Program-made: the position numbers and the translations under genes | In this document: in pieces, positions 26,101 through 38,641 of the stretch | Layout of the letters: each line of letters opens with the position of its first letter | How positions within the stretch are numbered: the first letter of the stretch is position 1 | The notes under the pieces: model-generated | Seen by the model: the letters and a program-made list of their open reading frames with translations, nothing else | Told to the model about the DNA's origin: nothing | The model's database searches: none | Assembly (NCBI GenBank): GCA_030704615.1 | Contig: CM060732.1 | Span: 16,678,001-16,742,000 of the forward strand | Reading direction: 5' to 3' | DNA: 64,000 bases | Source: Takakia lepidozioides | Lineage: Eukaryota > Plantae > Bryophyta

Positions 26101-27573
26101 TGACTTTCACCCTGTCATTGCTATGTTTGTTGCTGAGTGGACCCTGATGTTGGTGTCTGCAGATATCAGATCATGTGTTTCTCCTGAACCCCCATGACAA
26201 GCGGTCAAAGACAGCCGCCGCCAAGGCGGAAGTGGTGGGAATAGCCGGGGTTGACAAGTTCCACTGCAAGGACATTCCATCCGGATAGTACAAGGTGAAA
26301 GTCCACGAGATCATGCTTCCAAGTGTTACACTGCCTTGCCCAAATGTGGACGATGCCCCCCCCCCAGACCACACTAGCGCACGTGAAAGGCACGGTGACT
26401 CTGTGGCCAGAGAAGAATATGAGGAGGGGTGAAGGTATCAAGTGACATTTCATGGTTGTAGTCCCTGTTGGGTGTGTAATGATACTCATAGAAGTGTGTA
26501 TGATACTCACGTTACCAATTTTGTACATTTGGGCCATGACAGTTTAAGTGATGTCCGGCAACCATGTATGTTGGCATTTAGTCTTGCTCATATGCAGGTG
26601 TGCCGTGACGGTCTCCAATTTGAATGCAATATTCCATTTCTTGACTTGTCGTCGTGTCCGTCCACCTTCTATGTGTATGTGTGATGGTCTTTGGTCTCCC
26701 TGTTGCCTCGTCTATTTGGTTCATTAGCGTGATGTTGTGCATGCATCGTGGTCTGTGTTCTTAGTGTCGCCCAGTATCATTGCTTCTCACTTCCCCCTGC
26801 ATATGGGTGAACCACTAAAACCAGTAGAATGCATCAGAACCATATTTTCAGCTTAGAATGCAAGTCAGTTGGACAACTCACACAAACCACTACAAGTGCT
26901 CAGTTGCAGTGCTTTCCTACTGTAGTGCAACCAACTAGCATAGTGGCAGCGGAGTTGGCCAAAGCAGTCCCGAGATGGCACAAGCACTCTGCGTCTTTCC
27001 ACTAGCAGTCGTACCCCTCACTGCCATTGCGTGGGGATGACGCCACGCGTCGACCCACACACTCTCCACGTGGTCTCCGTGGATTCGTCTGTCGGCAGTT
27101 GTGCAGTCGACTTCGCCAGTGGCTGTTGCCACATGACATGCAACACTCCAAGTTATGTGGCCAACTGCGATGTGGCGTCTTGAGCCCGTGGCCACGCGGC
27201 GGCATTACCGCTCATCGCGGCGCCGCCACATCGGCATCCACGTCCGCATCCACGTCCGCGTCCATGTGTCACCGCACCCCGGGTGAGTCAGTCCACTCAT
27301 CCGGAGGGAAAAGTCAAAGTCAGCTCAAAACATCAGACACACGAGCGGCCCGCCTGGTTACGCCACGTGGTTCTTCATCATTAATCGCATTAATCGCTGA
27401 GCAGTTGTTCGCGCGTCTACGTCCTTTACCACTCCAATCATTGGATGTCCAACCCAACTACCACGTCTGTTGTAACTGGTCTGTTGTAATTTCCAGTCGA
27501 TCCCTGTTTTTTGACTTTTACGACTCAAAATGAGTTGTTACCCCAGTGGTAAATGACACGAATGCTTCTAGTG
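23160..27573 (+). mobile_element. CACTA element, right portion with TnpA-like gene and terminal inverted repeat
   Basis: Ends in ...aaatgacacgaatgcttcTAGTG at 27573 (reverse complement CACTAGAAGCATTCGTGTCATTT). The same end occurs at 53846. The left boundary is approximate. Confidence 0.85.
23580..26445 (+). pseudogene. CACTA TnpA-like (Ptta/En/Spm and Tnp1-like) spliced gene
   Basis: PAYWDKLVAYWES...AEGMKQAR...SRWGRAG (Transposase_24-like). The last exon at ~26163-26445 reads VFLLNP...AKAEVVG...KFHCKDIP...YKVKVHEIM...LPCP...VTLWP (Tnp1-like C-terminal domain). Confidence 0.7.
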
Positions 27574-28913
27574 ATAGCGACTCCTCCGTTTGAGGTCCAT
27601 AATGTTGTCCATGAATCCAGCACTGCCTGTGCCCATTTTGAGTGCATTCACCTGGTTTCGAATATTGGGAGAGCTCAACATGGAGAAATGGTCCATCCCT
27701 GCATCAAGCGAATCTGCATCCAACATTGGTTGTGTCGCATCCCCTTCACCCAGTATGTGTTTTTCCAGGAATGCCTTGCTAGCTGCAAGCGCTATAGCAG
27801 AAGGTGTTGCACAAGAGGCATTGTGGAACTCCTGCTTCAGCAGATTTCTAGCGATGTCCACGCTATCTCTGCAACTTCCCTTCGACATAGGATGCTCGTG
27901 TGTACCCATATGAATGCAGGCACGAGTCATTGTCTTGCATCGGTGTGCCACGTGGTACATACGAGTGTGGCACACAGAAACACAAGACGGGGCAAGTTTG
28001 CAGAACCTGCACACAAAAGTATTCGTCTTGGGAGGGGCAAGCCCTGGGGTGAAAGGATTCAGGGGCACACCTTCCCACTCACTTTCGTTTGGTTTAGAGC
28101 TATTTCTCAGGCGAGGGCAAGAAATATTCACGAACTTGCAATGCCCAACGCAAACCGACCTTCGAAATTTCAATCCAATGTCGCTGTGGATGTTTGATGT
28201 TTTTGTCCTGCACCAAGGGTGTCCGTCATGTTTCTTGTCCATGCCCTGCAGAAGCCCAGTTAGTCCACTGGAAGACGTGGGAGGGTTGAGCTCAAACAAG
28301 ATGTCCCCGTCAAACTCTGCTGGCACATATTGAACCCGCTGCACTCGAAGGGACTCCCAATCAACAAAACGCAGCTCGCTCTTGCACCTAGGCACCCCTG
28401 TGAGGGTTTTCAATTTGGGAATGACACTCGTTATCTCCTGCAATTCGTCATCATCCAAGAATGGAGTCTGCACTGGCGGAGGAATCTCAGAAACATCCTC
28501 CGAGGACGAGTCTGAAAGAGTCACGAATGTAGTGGATGTGCTCACCTCTTGTTTCACATGAACTGTGCCCTCCTGCTGCACGACCGATGCTGCAGTGTCA
28601 GGGGTAACTACTGATCCTGCTGATTGTCTTCTCTTTTTTCCAAGGACCCGGTATGTGCCTGGAAGGACTTTCCAGTTCCTCCCACACTCGCCAACCAATG
28701 GTTTCTGCAAGTGCCCAGAATCCAAATTCCCATCCTCGTCATACACCTCTTTTTGAACAAGCAGAGAACCCGATTCCAAAGGGAACACTGTAACCAGCTC
28801 ATCCTCATGAACAACTGCAAACCCATCGTCATCTGTAGTGGTAGTCAGTGGAAGACTACCTGCATTGGAATGAAAATCGAGCGAGTCCATCTCCCTCCTT
28901 GGACATGTTTTCC
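27574..28913 (-). pseudogene. Truncated second copy of the element-A transposase 5' half
   Basis: Near-identical at nucleotide level to 11816-13155. It is cut on the left exactly at the CACTA end and on the right by a PPR-associated repeat. Confidence 0.92.
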
Positions 28914-29124
28914 CCTGGTGTTTACAAGCTTCTTGGGAGAGTCAGCTTGGTCTTAGCAGGTTGTGTTTCAATCTCTGCTCGCTTAGCTGCACCATGGTGG
29001 TTCTCATGGACCAATCCGACGTTTTTTTCCCCCTCGGACACTAAGCCCCACTAAGCCCTATCGCTGTTGCGCACTTAAGTCCTCACTGATGTTTACAAGG
29101 TTCTTGGGAGAGTCAGCTTGGTCC

Positions 29125-29640
29125 AGGGTATGCACGGCAAGGACGTGGGATGGAGGCTTTGGAGACCTATGAGCAAAGGATAGGGGAAGCACATCATGTT
29201 TGTGTGCATTTGCAATGCTTGTGCAAGCCTGACAACCTTGGAGAAGGGCAAGAGGTGCATGGGGATATCATCAAAGCTGGAATTGTGCCAAATGTCAATC
29301 TGAACACTGCCCTGGCAGTTTTGGAAAAGGGGAAAGAGGTCCATGGCGTCATCTTCAGAGCTGGAATTGTATCAGATGTCATTCTGAACAATACCCTGGT
29401 GAACATATTTGCAAAATGTGGGTGCATCTAGGATGCAAAGGGAGTGTTTGACACTATGGCTGAACGAGATGTGGTGTCGTGGAGTGCGATGCTTGCAGGG
29501 TATGCACGACATGGATGTGGGATGGAGGCTTTGGAAAGCTATGAGCAAATGATGGAGGAAGCACATCATGTTTGTGTGCATTTGCAATGTGCGTGCAAGC
29601 CTGGTAGTCCTGGAGAAGTGCAAGAGGTGCGCCGTTGTGC
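29125..29640 (+). pseudogene. PLS-class PPR gene fragment
   Basis: EVHGDIIKAGIVPNV, NTLVNIFAKCG and VFDTMAERDVVSWSAMLAGYARHG, with stops and frameshifts. Confidence 0.88.
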
Positions 29641-29699
29641 TATTGAAGAAGGTGCCCCCCCTTCCCCCATCATTTGATCATAGGTCTCCAAAGCCTCCA

Positions 29700-30166
29700 T
29701 ACCATGTCCCTGCATTCCTACCACACCCATGCTTGGTAAATCCTGCCAACATTATATTTCACATGATCAAAGATCGCTGAGGCACTCTGAGAAATCTTGG
29801 CGAGCATCCATGATGCTCCCGCACTTAACATACATGTTGACAAGGGTGTTGAGTAGAAAAAACATTTGGCATGAATCCACTTTGGATAATGTGAGTGTGC
29901 ACCTGATTCCAGCTTCCAGACCTAGAGCCTTTGTCAGTCTGCCTGCCTCACAAAACATCTTCACATGCCCCGCAGAAAAGGCATTGTGGACTCCCTCTCT
30001 TGATCCTCTTTCAGAAGTTGCGGCCAAGGTTGAGGACGTGCCTGATTTTATCAACTGGGCCGCTGTAGCTGTTGCCTTTAGTTGACCATCTACCCATTTA
30101 GGTTTCTTGTAATTATTGATCCACATGGGATCACAGGTAATCTGGAGCTTGAAGTCCGGCCCTCTT
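29700..30166 (-). pseudogene. PDF-motif + PPR gene 5' fragment
   Basis: GPDFKLQITCDPMWINNYKKPKWVDGQL, followed by HVKMFCEAGRL...LNTLVNMYVKCGSIMDAR. Confidence 0.75.
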
Positions 30167-30169
30167 CTA

Positions 30170-32010
30170 CTGGATGTCTGTGTGAAAAAATTAAACGGTT
30201 TGAGCAATTCTGTGACGAGGATACTCGGACAGAATTCCATATACCTGGTCCCCATGCAGGTAAACATGTACGGACTATGGACTTGAATATCATTCACCAA
30301 CTTAAACTATGAAAGTTATTTGGCCTGGGAATTAATCACATACCTCCTCGTCCAATACGGCTTCAGGAAATTGTAGAGACTGTCATTACAGCTTTTGGGA
30401 AGACGTGACCTACTTAGAGTATGTCCAAGTGTGTCCTGGAGAAAGGAATGTTTGATTTGGAGAAAGGAAACATGCTGGGCCAGATTGAAACAACAAGCCA
30501 GCAGGAATGGAACCCATTTTAGACTTCATGAGCACAATCCTTTAACTCTCAAGGTGGCTATGTAGGAACTTTCCTGGCTACAACAATATCTTTTGATGTC
30601 TAGCTTGGACAAGGCCAGCATCAACGTCTGTTTCATGTGCATAAGACACATAAGAATACAGGCTTTTCACCGGCTGATGGGAAAAGACTTCAGACCATGT
30701 CAGAAGGAAGAAACGTGGACTAAACCTCCCGTCATTTGTGAATCTATCGCGGAGGATCTACAGACGCTGGTTCCTGAAGTGTGCATTTCTGAAATGAAGC
30801 TCCCATACATAATGGGGATCTACAAGCTTCACAAGAAAAAATACAAGTGGATTACCAATGCCCATGGTAGTATTTTCTGCAAAGTGGCACAGCTCTTGAC
30901 TACTGCCACGATGGCCCTTTTACCATTGGTTAAGGAATGAGTCAATGCCAGACTTACTACCTACAGAAATATGTTCGGGATCTCCACATCCATGTTTTGG
31001 ATAATAGATTCCATCACGGAATTTTGCCTGAACTTGCCTGAGAAAGTACACAACATTTTTGTGGCAGACATAACACAATGTTATGAAAACATCCCACTGA
31101 CGGGTGATGATAATCTCGGGACAGCGGTCGAATACATGGTAAGCACTGCCTTCAAACAATATTATGTTCCATTTAAGAGAGCACGACACTGGCTATGGGT
31201 ACATTTTCATGAAGCAAAGGGGACGTTTGACAGGACCAAATGGGGTCCTTCAGCTCCCAAAATAGGTACATGGATTGGTTTGTCTGAAGAGAGACTGGTC
31301 AGGCTACATATTTGGCTAATGTCACACTGTTTTGTTCGCCTTGGGGACAGAGTGTGGCATCAGATTTCTGGAATTCCAATGGGGTTCTCATGCTCCCCTC
31401 TATGGTGCAATATTTACTTTCTATCTTATGAGATGAAATTCATCATGAGATTGGCCAGTTTGGGACAGCACCATTTGATGACCAGATTCCTTTATGCTTT
31501 CAGATACATAGATGATATCTGTTGGTTAAATGCAGGGGATGCCGGAATTTCTCAATCCCACCGCAAGCAGGGAAAAGAGTAATCCTTGGTGGATCTACCA
31601 CCCTCTCAACATTGTTGAGATCAAACCTGGTTCTAATTTGGTAGGGATTGAAGCATGTTTCATGAATCTGCAGTTAACTGTCTTGGACCCTGCAGAAGGA
31701 GTATTTGAATTCAGGAAATATGACAAACGGAGAAAATTGCCCTTCCAGTACACTCAATACATCCATTTCTATTCCAACCGACCAGTGAAGCAATCATACA
31801 ATGTGGTTCTTTCACAGGCTTTCCCAATCCTGTATTTGTACAGCAACCATCTTCTGGCCTTGGAAGAGATAAGTATCCTGATTCATACCTTGGGGAGGAA
31901 TGGGTTCAACGTGGATAAATTACACAAAATTTTACTATGCTTTCTGGAAGCTGGATCTTTTCCTGGATTACGCTTCCCCATCGAGAAACTGATCTCGTCG
32001 CTGAGAGGTA
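30170..32010 (+). mobile_element. Penelope-like element reverse transcriptase (Naiad/Chlamys-like), degraded
   Basis: KHVRTMDLNII...NHIP, LDKASINVCFMC, LPYIMGIYKLHK, ADITQCYENIP, QISGIPMGFSCSPLWCNIYF, FRYIDDI and KYDKR. Stops and frameshifts are present and no GIY-YIG was seen. Confidence 0.8.
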
Positions 32011-32331
32011 TACATCACTGTCATTTTTTGGTGCATATGGGTATAAGCTTCTCCTTTTCAGTCACTTGAGTTTACTGTATATATCCTAATGCTTGATTCA
32101 TCTTAGAGAAGGAGGACTGTTTGAATGGTCTGTAGTTTTATGGCCAGGATACTGTTGAGTTAGGCTTGGTATGAACAGGGGAATGACTTACTCATATACA
32201 CCTTATACATGAGCCGGTCAATGTATAGTAAGTCTGAACTCTGGCTCTCCAATGCCAACACCCAATATTACGGGTGAGTGCATACCACACTCACTCTTCA
32301 AGGGACTGCACTACCAGGGGATATGGTGGTG

Positions 32332-32333
<2 letters not shown>

Positions 32334-32368
<35 letters not shown>
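32334..32368. repeat. (CT)n microsatellite
   Basis: About 17 TC units. Confidence 0.95.
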
Positions 32369-32370
<2 letters not shown>

Positions 32371-34099
32371 AACCTTTGGTTTGGTTTATCCTAGATATCT
32401 TTTAAGATATCTACAAGGACTTAACTTAACCATCCCTAAGATGCTACAATTACCCTAAAAGCAGTGCACTAATTAGGGTTAGTAATAACCCTTAGTGTAA
32501 AGTACTTTAATATAGGGAGATGACGGCAAACAGAGAATAGAGCCATGTGATGATGTCGGGCTCGTTACTCTTTGGATTTTTGAAGCTAGGCTGGCCGCTG
32601 TTACGCGCAGCCATGCTTTTATGAACGGTACATCTCAGGGCTACGGAGACGGATTGGGTCTTGAAGTATAAAGAACCAAAAACAGGGAGTATCATTCAGC
32701 CTTTGTCTTGCAGTTGCTTTCTCCTGCACAGCTGAATGCTCACAATGTCTTAGGCAACAGTACCTCCAGCGGTAAAGGTGTAGGACTTAACGCTTTGTAC
32801 CTCTACATTCTCGTTTTTGCTCAACTTCCATTGCACACTAAGTAGCATGAATGAAAGCGATAGCAAGCGTGGAAACCTGCTACTCACCTCGCGCATCCTC
32901 ACTAACCTTCACTATATCGGGTGGATGTGTTTTTGGGACGGGCGCAGGTGAGGGTTCTCCGCCTCTCATGATGCCATAATGTGTTGGAAGTATATGCTGT
33001 GATTTTGCAGGGTACTACAGTACTGAACCAATGTGCACAAGGGCAAGGGCAGAAACAGCCGCTTTTCCTGCATGAGCTATGTGACAATTTGATGTTACCA
33101 AAGAGACGAAATTGTGAAGGGCTGCATAACCTCTTATGGCCACCTTTCTTGCATAGTTTCTCGGATACATTTTTGGGCAGTGGCTTTGCTGCTGAAAATG
33201 ATATGCTACTGAAAATGACACCTGCAAGAATGGCTCTCTCATGACACCAATTCTTTGCTTGTGTTGGATATGAAAGATAGTAGTACAAGGGAAGAACTGA
33301 ATTCTATAGTATGATAGTTCAATACTCTTTAAGGATCTGTTTCTATAGGAAAAGACCTTACTTGCTACAGCATAATATGTCTTTGAACATGACATCTATG
33401 GCTATTTTTTGTGTGTAACGATGAAAGGGCAGATCTGATAATTGGGGAATTGTTTCTCCAGGGTCCCCACCACCCACCCTGACCTCTTTTTCTGTTCTTG
33501 ATATCAGAAGAGGATTTGGTATGAACAATGAGAAATCTGGATAATCTCTGTAAGGTTGTTTGAGATTCTTATTATGGTCTGTGCTGGCAAATTCAAAGAG
33601 TTGAATCGGCAGATGAGTAGACCTGTGATGGTGCCTTACTTAGTAAGGCTGTATTGTCAATGTCCTTTTTCGTTTTGACAAGACGAGCCCTATCTCTCCT
33701 TGGTGGCTACAAAGGAAGACTTCACCTGCACAATGGAATGGATGAAGGCGTCCACCTCGGCCTGCAACTGGCCAGATTGCATCACATGCACCCGACCATG
33801 CCCTGCAGCAGTGGCTGCTACAGCCTGTCGCACTGCTGCGCTCATAGCGTTTGCATCTCGATCGCTACAGACGGCCAAACAACGCTCCGTCACATAATGT
33901 CGGATTGGTCTGTGAGAACCACCATGGTGCAGCTGAGCAGGCAGAGATTGAAACACGGCCTGCTAAGACCAAGCTGACTCTCCCAAGAACCTTGTAAACA
34001 TCAGGAAGAATACCAAATCATGGTACTAACAGGAGCCAACAGCCCACATTTGCAGGATGGACAAACTTCTTCACATCGTACATTAAGAAAAAACCACAC

Positions 34100-34170
34100 C
34101 TTGCGGTTGCGGTTCTCGCACCATCGTGAAGGATCTTTAAAAAACTCATGCCAGCTCTGCTCCATGCTGT
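34100..34170 (-). pseudogene. PDF-motif first exon relic
   Basis: MEQSWHEFFKDPSRWCENRNRK followed by a GT donor. The adjacent sequences 33895-33985 and 34340-34430 are a local duplication. Confidence 0.6.
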
Positions 34171-34650
34171 AAATTCCGGGCCGAGTCTGATGAGAGGGAA
34201 AAACACGCTGAAATCGGTCGAAGAAGAAGGTGCCCTCACCACATTGTCCTCGACCTTGTGTCATGACCGACGGAGGATTTGACTGACCATGAACCCAAGA
34301 TGACCTCTTGTGTGTGCTGCTTGTGTCTGTAGTCAGGTAATGTCGGATTGGTCTGTGAGAACCACTATGGTGCAACTGAGCGGGTAGAGATTGAAACACG
34401 ACCTGCTAAGACCAAGTTGATTCTTCTTAGAACGGCGAGCTCCAAGCCGAAACCTCCTCGCACAAATACCTTAGTGTTTCTAGGGTTGCTTGCTTCAGAT
34501 GCGAAGGTTGCTCCAATTGCGGGCCTCCCATGCATGTTTGCCCTCCCTCCGCTTGCTCGCTCTAAGTCCCAGCCCTCTCTCTCTCCCTCCCTCCCTCTCG
34601 CTCTAAATCCCAGCTCTCTCTCTCTCTCTCCCTCCCCCTCGCTCTAAGTC

Positions 34651-34745
34651 TAGGTTTACTATTTCATGAGCAGAAACCATGAGCCATGAGCAGCATGAGC
34701 GGTGAGCCGAAGTCTAAGACACGCGGTTCTCATGAGCGGACTCTT
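34651..34745 (+). mobile_element. Probable terminus of another member of the MULE family
   Basis: taggtttactatttcatgagc aligns to the C terminus gggggctgctatttcatgagc and is followed by clustered CATGAGC/GTGAGC motifs. No partner end was identified. Confidence 0.45.
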
Positions 34746-37700
34746 CCAAATTTGGAAATGCGGCAGATTAAAAAATACAAAAATAATAGTTTTTAAATTT
34801 GACCTTGCCGTTTTTGGAAGTTCCAAATCCTGTAATGCGACGAAGATATGTCGTCAGTAACAATTCCGCTCATGGTTTTTTAAATCCGTTCAAGGAAATG
34901 AGTGACCGTGCAATGAGAAATCCAGTATACCGCAACAAAAAGACGCCGCATACTGGCCTGTATAGAGTATTCTGCGGGTTTATATGCCTTAACATTGGAA
35001 TGAAGCTGACCCTTCTGCCGCGATTGTATGATCCCCATGCACCAATAGAGTCTGTAGTATTTCAAAATTGTGGCATCTTCGGGTATTCGGCGGGAAAGGT
35101 GTACGACTCAACTGGGAAATGCGGTGCCACATTACGGCTCTCACGTGCGAGATTTCTGGGGGGTTCGCTGTTGGCGACGGTCGGCTCCCTGAAGACTCGG
35201 TCTGACTATCTTACTATGACGAAGGCCGCAACTAAAAAACCAGCAACTATGTATGTCATTGGATTTCTAGCTTCAATACGCACCCATAGCAACTCTCCAA
35301 TCATGAATCTGATAAGAAATGACTCCGCTATGGACTTTTGGAACACCGTCATTGTGGACTGTTACCGCAATGAATGGAATTACAATGGACTCAAGTTCTC
35401 CTATGTGCCATTAGTGAATTCCATTGAAATTTGAACATAAGGTGGCCATTTTGGTCCACATCATAGGTATGGATTTGAAATGGCAAAATCATTTGTCATT
35501 TGACTCATATGGACTGATATATTTAAAAACAATAGGCGTTTTTTAAAAAGTCCATAGCTCATCTTGTTTTTTGGATTTTGGGTGTCATTTGTTTTCTAGA
35601 AGTATAAAAACCTATAATCTTCAATGGCTAGGTGTCATATTGATTTTTTTTTAATTTTTAGTTTTTCATAATTTCTCTAAATAATATACTAAAATATTTA
35701 ATGAATTATATATTTAATATTTGGGGTATGACTCTTTACTAAATATGTTCAATATACCATTATCTATCACTAAAAAAATATTTTGGGATAGTATCCTCAA
35801 CTTTTTTTTTTTGGTCATGGACTTTCATGGAGCAGGATCTGCCGTTTTTGGTCCACTCAACCCTGCAACTACCCGCCACACGAGCCCCAATTTTTGCTTT
35901 ACGTAAGACAAGTGAAGGGAGAAGGCGATAGGAGCCGAGCCCAAATTGGATCAAGGGGATCTTGGAGAAATACCAGGATGTGACGCCAGAGGATTTACCA
36001 AGCGGCTTGCCACCGCGAATGGGAGTTGACCACAAGATTGAGGTGATACCGGGATCGGAGCCGCCTGCCAAGGCGCCCTACCGGTTGAGCCACAAAGAGT
36101 TGGTCGAGCTGAAGACTCAGCTCAAGGATCTAATGTCAAAGGGGTACATCCGGCCGAGTAAGTCACCTTTACGGAGCCCCGGTGCTATTTGCAGACAAGA
36201 AGGATGGGATGTTGCGGATGTGTGTCTATTACAGGGCTCTGAATAAGGTGACTATAAAAAACCGGTACCCTTTGCCAAGGATCGACGACCTTTTCGATCG
36301 GTTGGTAGGAGTGAAGTATTTCAGCCGGATCTATTTGCACTCTGGCTATCATCAAATTCGAGTGGCGGAAGGAGATGAGGAGAAGACCGCGTGCAGGACA
36401 AGGTATGGTTCATATGAGTTCTTGGTGATGCCTTTTGGGCTCACCAACGCACCCGCAACCTGTAGCACGCTGATGAACAACCTTCTCCAGGAGTGGCTGG
36501 ATGACTTTGTGATCGTGTACATCGACGACATCTTGGTGTACTCGAAAACAAATGAGGAGCACCTGGAGCACCTCAAAAGGATGTTCCAGAAATTGCGGGA
36601 AGGGAAGCTGTATGCCAGAGCTTCAAAGTGTGAATTCGGGGTCACAAAAGTGCAGTTCCTGGGGCATGTGATTACACAAGATGGGATCAAAATGGATGAC
36701 AAAAACGTGAGGGCGATCTTGGACTAGGAGCCTCCGACTTCGGTCCCGGGAGTGCGATCCTTCCTAAGACTCGCCTCCTATTACCGAAAGTATGTGAGAA
36801 ATTTTGCCAAGATCGCGGGGCCGCTATCAGACCTTTTGTGTAAATCCAAGGTATGGGCATGGAGCACCTTTTATGGCCAAGCTTTTGCCGAGTTGAAGTA
36901 GCGGATGGCGGAAGCTCCAGTCTTGAAAATCCCGGAGTTTGACTGTCCGTTTGAGATTCATACAGATGCGTCGGACTTCGCGATTGGGGGTGTACTTATG
37001 CAAGATGGACATCCAATGACTTACGAAAGTAAGAAACTGAATGAAGTGGAGCGATGGTGGCCAACGCATGAGAAAGAGATGAAGGCGGTGGTGCATTGCC
37101 TTGAGCTTTGGCGCCACTATGTTGGTTCCAACCCGGTGAAGGTATTCACGGACAATGTTACGGTGAAGTATTTTGCCACGCAGCCTAAGTTGTCCCCAAA
37201 ACAACTTAGATGGCAAGACACTTTGGCGGTGTTTGACGTGGATATCCAGTACAAACCGGGACGGGACAATGTGGTAGCCGATGCCTTAAGTAGAAAGCAG
37301 CAGTTCATGTTGGTGTACAGGGTCAAGACGGCGCTCCAAAGAAAGATCCGGAAGGCTTACCAGAAGGATGAGATGGTGAAGTCCGTGATGCGGGACTTAA
37401 GGATGGGGGTTAAATCGCAGTTTCACTTGCAAAATGACCTACTTCGGTACAAGCAAAAGCGTCTCTATGTGTTGAAGGGAGGGATCAAAGATAGTCTCTT
37501 GAGATAATGCCATGATGGTTCACTTGCGGGCCACGGCGGAGCCAAGCGCACCGCGGCACTCCTGAAGAAAGAGTATTTCTGGCCCAAACTGAGGGAGGAG
37601 GCCGAGGAGTATGTCAAGACATGCACCACATGCCAACAAAACCGGAGCGAGTACAAAAAGCAAGCTGGGCTATTACAACCCTTGCCGATTCCAGAGGGGT

Positions 37701-38641
37701 CTTGGGAAACTGTCTCGATGGATTTCATGACTGCTATGCTGCTGTCAAAAGGATTCGATGCAATCATGGTGGTGGTGGATAGGTTCAGTAAAATGGGCCA
37801 TTTCATTCCCACCAAGGAGACGGCAACGGCACAGGAGACGGGGTGACTTTACTTCGCCCACGTCTTCAAGCATAATGGACTCCCGAAGGATATTGTCTCG
37901 GACCGCGATCCAAAGTTTACAAGTAATTTTTTGAGGGCACTCTAGAAGAAAATGGGGACGAGGCTCAAGATAAGCACCGCCTTCCGACCTATGACGAACG
38001 GCCAAACGGAAAGGGTGAATTCCGTGCAACGACGCAATGGCGTGAGCGTTGCGCGTGAGCGCGCGAGCGTACGCTCACGCAGGAGTGACGTGGCGTGAGC
38101 CTGCACCCACGCTGACGTGGCGTGAGCGTCATGTCAGCATGCTGATGTGGCGGCAAATGATGACGTGGCACTATCCGTCATCTGTCACGTCAGCATTAAC
38201 ATGCGCCGCCTATAACCGAGGATGGTCTTATGACCGTGGAATTAATGCAGGGAATCTTGCCTAAATAGAATCAAGACTACCATGAGGCCTACAATTGTAG
38301 CATCCAACATTGTGCAATTACAAATGTTTGTTTCACTTTTACAATTACGAGGACGAGAAAATATCCTCACAAGTGTGCGCCATAAAGGCTGCCACGGGAA
38401 GACCTTCCTCCCTCCTCAAATAACAATGAGAGTTAGGATCATCTTCAAAAGATGATTATAGTGCATAGCGACAGCAAGACATGTAGACTTCGAACGGTGC
38501 AATGACAAATGTGCTTTTAAAAGTTGTCACTCAGAGCTCACTCCGTATAGTTGGAGGCCATATCATTGCACCGCCAACGAATTGATGTGAATTACACATT
38601 TCAAATCATGGTCGTCCACATACCACATTGCATAGTTGATG

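Noticed and set aside
32500-33400. Possible gene relic (overlapping ORFs on both strands)
   Set aside because: No family could be recognised.
34799-35434. 211-aa ORF
   Set aside because: No recognisable motif, a non-ATG start and TE-internal context; probably non-coding.
38016-38026. 11-bp TSD for element B
   Set aside because: Alignment with the other termini assigns the extra tg to the element's right end, leaving a 9-bp TSD.
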